Assembly (NCBI GenBank): GCA_964470065.1
Contig: CAYYAR010000006.1
Location: forward strand, 13,620 to 77,619
Length of the DNA stretch: 64,000 bases
Direction: 5' to 3'
Origin: an uncultured Verrucomicrobiota bacterium
GTDB lineage: Bacteria > Verrucomicrobiota > Kiritimatiellia > CAIVKH01
A model generated the notes under the pieces. That model was not told the DNA's origin. It did not search any database and was given only the letters and a program-made list of their open reading frames with translations. The translations under genes were made by a program, and so were the position numbers. How positions within the stretch are numbered: position 1 is the stretch's first letter; every line of letters begins with the position of its first letter. This document shows positions 59,989 through 64,000 of this stretch, in pieces.

Positions 59989-61356
59989 ATGAATCCATCG
60001 CTATTAATTGTCGACGATGACGAGGTGTTGCGAACCCAATTGCGATGGGCCCTCTGCACCGAATATGAAATCGCTCTAGCCGCTGATCGCGACCAGGCCA
60101 TGGCGCAGGCCCGGGAAAAGCAACCGGATGTGGTGCTGCTCGATCTGGGCTTGCCGCCGAATATAGCTGATCCTTCCGAAGGATTCATCATCTTACAGGA
60201 TCTGCTCGCCACGTTTCCATACGTTAAAATTATCATCATCACCGGGCAGAGTCAGAAGAGCAATGCCTTGCAGGCGATTGCGCATGGCGCCAGCGATTTT
60301 ATTCATAAGCCATTGGATGTGGAAGAGCTTCGGATTGTGTTGCGACATGCCTGCTATGTGGCGGAGTTGGAGCGGGAACGGCGCTTGTGGGAAACAGAAA
60401 AATCGCACGGCGGATTTGAGGGCATGATCGGGGATAGTCCGCAGATGCAACAGGTATTTGCGTCTATTCGCAAGGTGGCCACGGTGAATGCGCCTGTGCT
60501 GATTCTCGGTGAAAGCGGCACGGGCAAAGAAATGGTTGCGCTGGCCATTCACCGGCTGAGCCGACGATCGGATGGACCCTTTATTGCCATCAATTGTCAT
60601 GCCATCCCGGAAACGCTGCTCGAGGCCGAGCTCTTTGGCCACGAAAAAGGTGCGTTCACCGGCGCGCATATCCAGCGCATCGGCCGGATTGAGATGGCGG
60701 CCGCGGGAACGCTGTTGCTGGACGAGATCGGCGAGTTGACGCCCTCGCTCCAGATTAAGCTCCTGCGTTTCTTGCAAGACCAGACGTTTGAGCGGGTGGG
60801 CGGGCGATCGGAGCTTCGTGTGGACACCCGGATCATTGCCGCGACCCACGCCGATTTGCACCGGGCCATGGAGCAAGGCACCTTCCGGGAAGATCTTTTT
60901 TTTCGCATTGCCGTGGTTACCATTCGCATGCCGCTGTTGCGGGAGCGGGTGGGGGATGTCGCCCTGCTTGCCCACTACTTTTTGCAGAAGCACATGCATC
61001 CATCCCGTAACGATTTACATTATTCCTCGCGAGCCTTGCGCGCCATGAGTTTGCATGCGTGGCCGGGCAATGTCCGCGAGTTGGAAAACCGGGTGCGGCG
61101 GGCGGTGATCATGGCCGACGGAAAACTCATCCGGCCGGCCGACCTCGAGTTGGAGTCGCCGTCCGGCGTTCATGGCGGTAGCAGTCTTAAGGAGGCGCGT
61201 GAGCGCTTGGAGCGGGATTATGTGCGGAGTGCACTCGCTCGCAGTCATGGAAATATCAGCAAGGCCGCCGACATGCTTGATGTGAGCCGTCCCACACTCT
61301 ACGAGATGATCGACAAGCTTGGCATCGATCGCCCCCACGGAAGTGGACAAGGATGA
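59989..61356 (+). CDS. Sigma-54-dependent response regulator (NtrC family; PrsR-like PEP-CTERM-system regulator)
   Basis: REC domain (DLGLPP...), AAA+ sigma-54 activator with GESGTGKE and the GAFTGA motif (EKGAFTGA), and a C-terminal Fis-type HTH. Confidence 0.85.
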   Translation: MNPSLLIVDDDEVLRTQLRWALCTEYEIALAADRDQAMAQAREKQPDVVLLDLGLPPNIADPSEGFIILQDLLATFPYVKIIIITGQSQKSNALQAIAHGASDFIHKPLDVEELRIVLRHACYVAELERERRLWETEKSHGGFEGMIGDSPQMQQVFASIRKVATVNAPVLILGESGTGKEMVALAIHRLSRRSDGPFIAINCHAIPETLLEAELFGHEKGAFTGAHIQRIGRIEMAAAGTLLLDEIGELTPSLQIKLLRFLQDQTFERVGGRSELRVDTRIIAATHADLHRAMEQGTFREDLFFRIAVVTIRMPLLRERVGDVALLAHYFLQKHMHPSRNDLHYSSRALRAMSLHAWPGNVRELENRVRRAVIMADGKLIRPADLELESPSGVHGGSSLKEARERLERDYVRSALARSHGNISKAADMLDVSRPTLYEMIDKLGIDRPHGSGQG

Positions 61357-62186
61357 TGGTGGTGCCGGTGGCGTATGTACGACTGACGGGATGTGTCATG
61401 CTGGCGGGAATCTTTGCGCATGATCTAAATGGTTGGTGGCGCTACGGAATGGGTTCGGATCTGTACGCCTATACTCTGATCGTGCCTGTGATCACCGCAT
61501 GGCTCATGGCGCTACGCCGGACGATTATGTGGGCCGTTGGATTGTGGATAGCTTTTGTGTGGTGGCACGGTCCATCCGGCGTCTTGCCATCCATTGATTA
61601 TGCGCGTTTATATGTATTGGTCACTTTGATCGCGCTGTCGTTGTGCGCATGGCGGGGTTGGGCATGGGTCGGAGCTCGTCCACTTCCTGTCCTGTTACTC
61701 TACCTTGCGGTGCCGCTACCGCCCGTCTTCGAGCATGCGCTGAATCAGCTTTTGCAGTATGGGTCGGCTTTTTTGGCGGATTTCATGTTTCGCATTTCCG
61801 GTATGCCCGCTCACCGGTCTGACTTGACGATTTACCTTCCCGGTTTGCAATTGATTGTGGCCGAGCAATGCAGCGGTATTCGCTCCACCTTGATATTATG
61901 TATTGCGGCGTTGGTCGGCGGTCACGTGCTGTTGTGCCGGCCATTATACCGGCTAGTGATCCCTGTCCTGGTGGTTCCTCTCGGCATGGTGCGCAATGCA
62001 GTGCGCATCGTGACGCTGGGATGGCTCACGGTAGCCGTGGATCCCGGGATCATCAGTGGTCCGCTGCATCAGCGGGGTGGTCCGGTATTCTTCGCGTTCT
62101 CTTTTGGGCTGCTCTCGTGTCTCTTCGTCGTTCTCCGTCAATTGGAGCGTCGTCAGCGAGATGAAACTGTCATTCATACGACATAA
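61353..62186 (+). CDS. Exosortase (XrtA/EpsH-type transpeptidase)
   Basis: 277 aa, 8 predicted TM segments, and the exosortase active-site motif AEQCSGIRS plus downstream conserved Arg residues. ATGA overlap with the regulator gene. Confidence 0.75.
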   Translation: MMVVPVAYVRLTGCVMLAGIFAHDLNGWWRYGMGSDLYAYTLIVPVITAWLMALRRTIMWAVGLWIAFVWWHGPSGVLPSIDYARLYVLVTLIALSLCAWRGWAWVGARPLPVLLLYLAVPLPPVFEHALNQLLQYGSAFLADFMFRISGMPAHRSDLTIYLPGLQLIVAEQCSGIRSTLILCIAALVGGHVLLCRPLYRLVIPVLVVPLGMVRNAVRIVTLGWLTVAVDPGIISGPLHQRGGPVFFAFSFGLLSCLFVVLRQLERRQRDETVIHTT

Positions 62187-64000
62187 CGTCGTGCCGCACA
62201 TCCTTGCCGCCTTGTTGCTGCTGTGGACCGGGTGCAGCGGCACTTACCTTCAGCGTCGGCATTTGCATCGTGCCGAAGTCTTGTTTGCGCAGCAGCGTTA
62301 TGACGAAGCATTTGTCGAGTATTTGAATGTGCTCAAATACAAACCGGTCCCTCCGGCCGCTGCGCGTAATCTGGGCATCTCTGCCTTCGAAACGTCCGAT
62401 TATGCGATGGCCTTCCAATGGCTCGGTGTCGCTGCGGCGCGTGATGCGGGTGACCCTGAAGTGATGACGCGATTGGCAGTGTTGTATTTGCATCGAGGCG
62501 ACCGGGCCAAGGCGCATGCCCTGGCGGACGATATATTACTTGAGAACCCGCGCAATCTGGAGGCCGGGCTCGTTTGGTCATCCACCTCGGCTGACGCTCT
62601 TCAGATCGAGGCTGGGCTGACATTGTTGGAAACCATCCGGGCGGAACGGCCGGGCGAGTCGAGGCTGCCGATGGCAATCGGTTTTCTGCATATGCGGCGA
62701 GGAAGCATGGAGGATGCACTGACCGCGTTTGATGATGCGATCCGGTGCGCACCCGGTGATGCGGATCCTTACATCGCGCGTGGCGATGTGCGCATGCTGC
62801 TTCGACAGCCTGATCAAGCCGGCGAGGATTTTCGCCGCGCCCGATCCATTGCGCCTGGTCCCTCGGTCGCCGGTATACGCTGGGCGCTGTATCTGCGGTC
62901 AACCGGAAACGATGCGGCAGCCTTGACGGAATTGGATGACATGATTAATCACGATCCCGATTTCGTGCCGGCGTTCTACGAGCGTGCGGTGATTCGCGCC
63001 GGACGTGCGCAGTGGACCTTCGCGCTCGAGGATGCCGACCGTGTGCTGACACTCCAACCTGGTCATCTCCCGGCCAGCCTATTGAGGATTCAAGCACTCA
63101 AGAAATCCGGGCAACACGAGGAATCGCTTGATGCTCTGGCGGAGGCTGAACGCATGTTTCCGAGGTCATTGCCGTTAAAGCTCGCCTGTGCCCGCCGGGA
63201 TCTGGAATCCGGTCAGGTGCTGTCCGCTATGGAGCAGTTGCGCCAGATTATGCGTGTCGATCCCGGATATGTGGATGCCTCCATGCTATTAGCCCAGTTG
63301 GAAATTCAGCAGGGGTTGTATGATGATGCGCTGGTTCGCCTTCCCGGAGTGTTAGTGGATCAGTCGGCGGTGCGACCTGCTGCTCTGTTATTGCTTGGTC
63401 ATGCCCAGCGATTGCGCGGCCATTACCATGCCGCGCTGACGTCGTACGAGGCGCTCTCCCTCGTCAAAACAAACGATGCGCATCCCTGGTATATGATGGG
63501 ATTGACGCATCAAGCCGCCGGCCGAAAGGAAGCTGCGGCTCGCAGTTATGCCCGTGCGCTCGAAAAAAACGCGCTTTATGTGCCCGCGCTGACCAGCATG
63601 ATGGCCCTCCACCTCGCCGATGGCCGACCCGACCTCGCCGGGCAACAGATCGACGAGCGGTTGCAATTCCATCCGGACTCGACGGATCTGCTGTATCTGC
63701 GGGCATCACTCGCCATCCGGTCGGGCAAGCTTGAACTAGCCGAAAGAGATCTTGTGCATGTGCTGCAGGTTGATTCTTCGAATGCGCCGGCATACCGCGA
63801 TTTGAGCCGGATCTTTATCGCGCAGGGTCGCACCGATGAAGCATTGGCGAGGCTCGCCAATTCGATTGAACGTCATCCTGATGACATAACCGCACGGATG
63901 ATGCAGGCGGTTATTTGGCAGGGCATGAATCAACACGATCGAGCGATGAACGGCTACGAGGAGATTCTTCGCATCGATCCCGGCATCACCGGAGCGCTCA
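62161..64000 (+). CDS. TPR-repeat lipoprotein (PrsT-like, PEP-CTERM-system TPR protein), 3'-truncated at the window edge
   Basis: ATG at 62161. Lipoprotein signal LLLLWTGCSG, then many TPR-like repeats. The frame is open to nt 64000. It is absent from the six-frame track because no stop is reached. Confidence 0.65.
   Translation, partial: MKLSFIRHNVVPHILAALLLLWTGCSGTYLQRRHLHRAEVLFAQQRYDEAFVEYLNVLKYKPVPPAAARNLGISAFETSDYAMAFQWLGVAAARDAGDPEVMTRLAVLYLHRGDRAKAHALADDILLENPRNLEAGLVWSSTSADALQIEAGLTLLETIRAERPGESRLPMAIGFLHMRRGSMEDALTAFDDAIRCAPGDADPYIARGDVRMLLRQPDQAGEDFRRARSIAPGPSVAGIRWALYLRSTGNDAAALTELDDMINHDPDFVPAFYERAVIRAGRAQWTFALEDADRVLTLQPGHLPASLLRIQALKKSGQHEESLDALAEAERMFPRSLPLKLACARRDLESGQVLSAMEQLRQIMRVDPGYVDASMLLAQLEIQQGLYDDALVRLPGVLVDQSAVRPAALLLLGHAQRLRGHYHAALTSYEALSLVKTNDAHPWYMMGLTHQAAGRKEAAARSYARALEKNALYVPALTSMMALHLADGRPDLAGQQIDERLQFHPDSTDLLYLRASLAIRSGKLELAERDLVHVLQVDSSNAPAYRDLSRIFIAQGRTDEALARLANSIERHPDDITARMMQAVIWQGMNQHDRAMNGYEEILRIDPGITGAL

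Overview
A ~60% GC bacterial chromosomal window. The phylum is probably PVC/Verrucomicrobia-like, but this is a low-confidence inference from the fused SecDF, the exosortase/PEP-CTERM-type locus and the general protein style. Three kinds of content are present. First, housekeeping genes: a 5'-truncated type I pullulanase, an acyltransferase, two Dpp/Opp-type ABC ATPases, tgt-yajC-secDF, recJ, the colinear purF-gltB-gltD operon on the minus strand, a tandem-M16 peptidase and ileS. Second, two small accessory patches. One (3.9-6.5 kb) holds a phd/relE-like and a mazEF-like toxin-antitoxin module, with a decayed second relE copy and a disrupted ECF sigma factor gene. The other (29.7-35.6 kb) holds a HEPN/MNT pair, a truncated ISNCY-like transposase, a dispersed ATGTCCCC/GGGGACAT repeat family, a DMT transporter bracketed by that repeat, an IS200/RAYT-like Y1 transposase and a lexA-Y-family polymerase cassette. 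Third, a ~28 kb exosortase (XrtA/PEP-CTERM-type) exopolysaccharide locus running from 35.7 kb to the window end. It encodes a Wza-like exporter, a priming sugar transferase, WbpB/WbpD/DegT-like amino-sugar enzymes, four FemAB-family paralogs, a Wzz domain fused to a degenerate P-loop domain, two CE4 deacetylase domains, a GT4 and two GT2 glycosyltransferases, a 1.6k-aa secreted tri-modular beta-helix protein, Wzy-like and Wzx proteins, a sensorless histidine kinase, a sigma-54 response regulator, the exosortase and a TPR protein. The four-fold FemAB expansion, the triplicated beta-helix protein, the pseudokinase fusion and the sensorless kinase make this locus the best candidate for an undescribed polysaccharide/glycoconjugate modification system. 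Many long GC-driven antisense ORFs in the six-frame track are artefacts.
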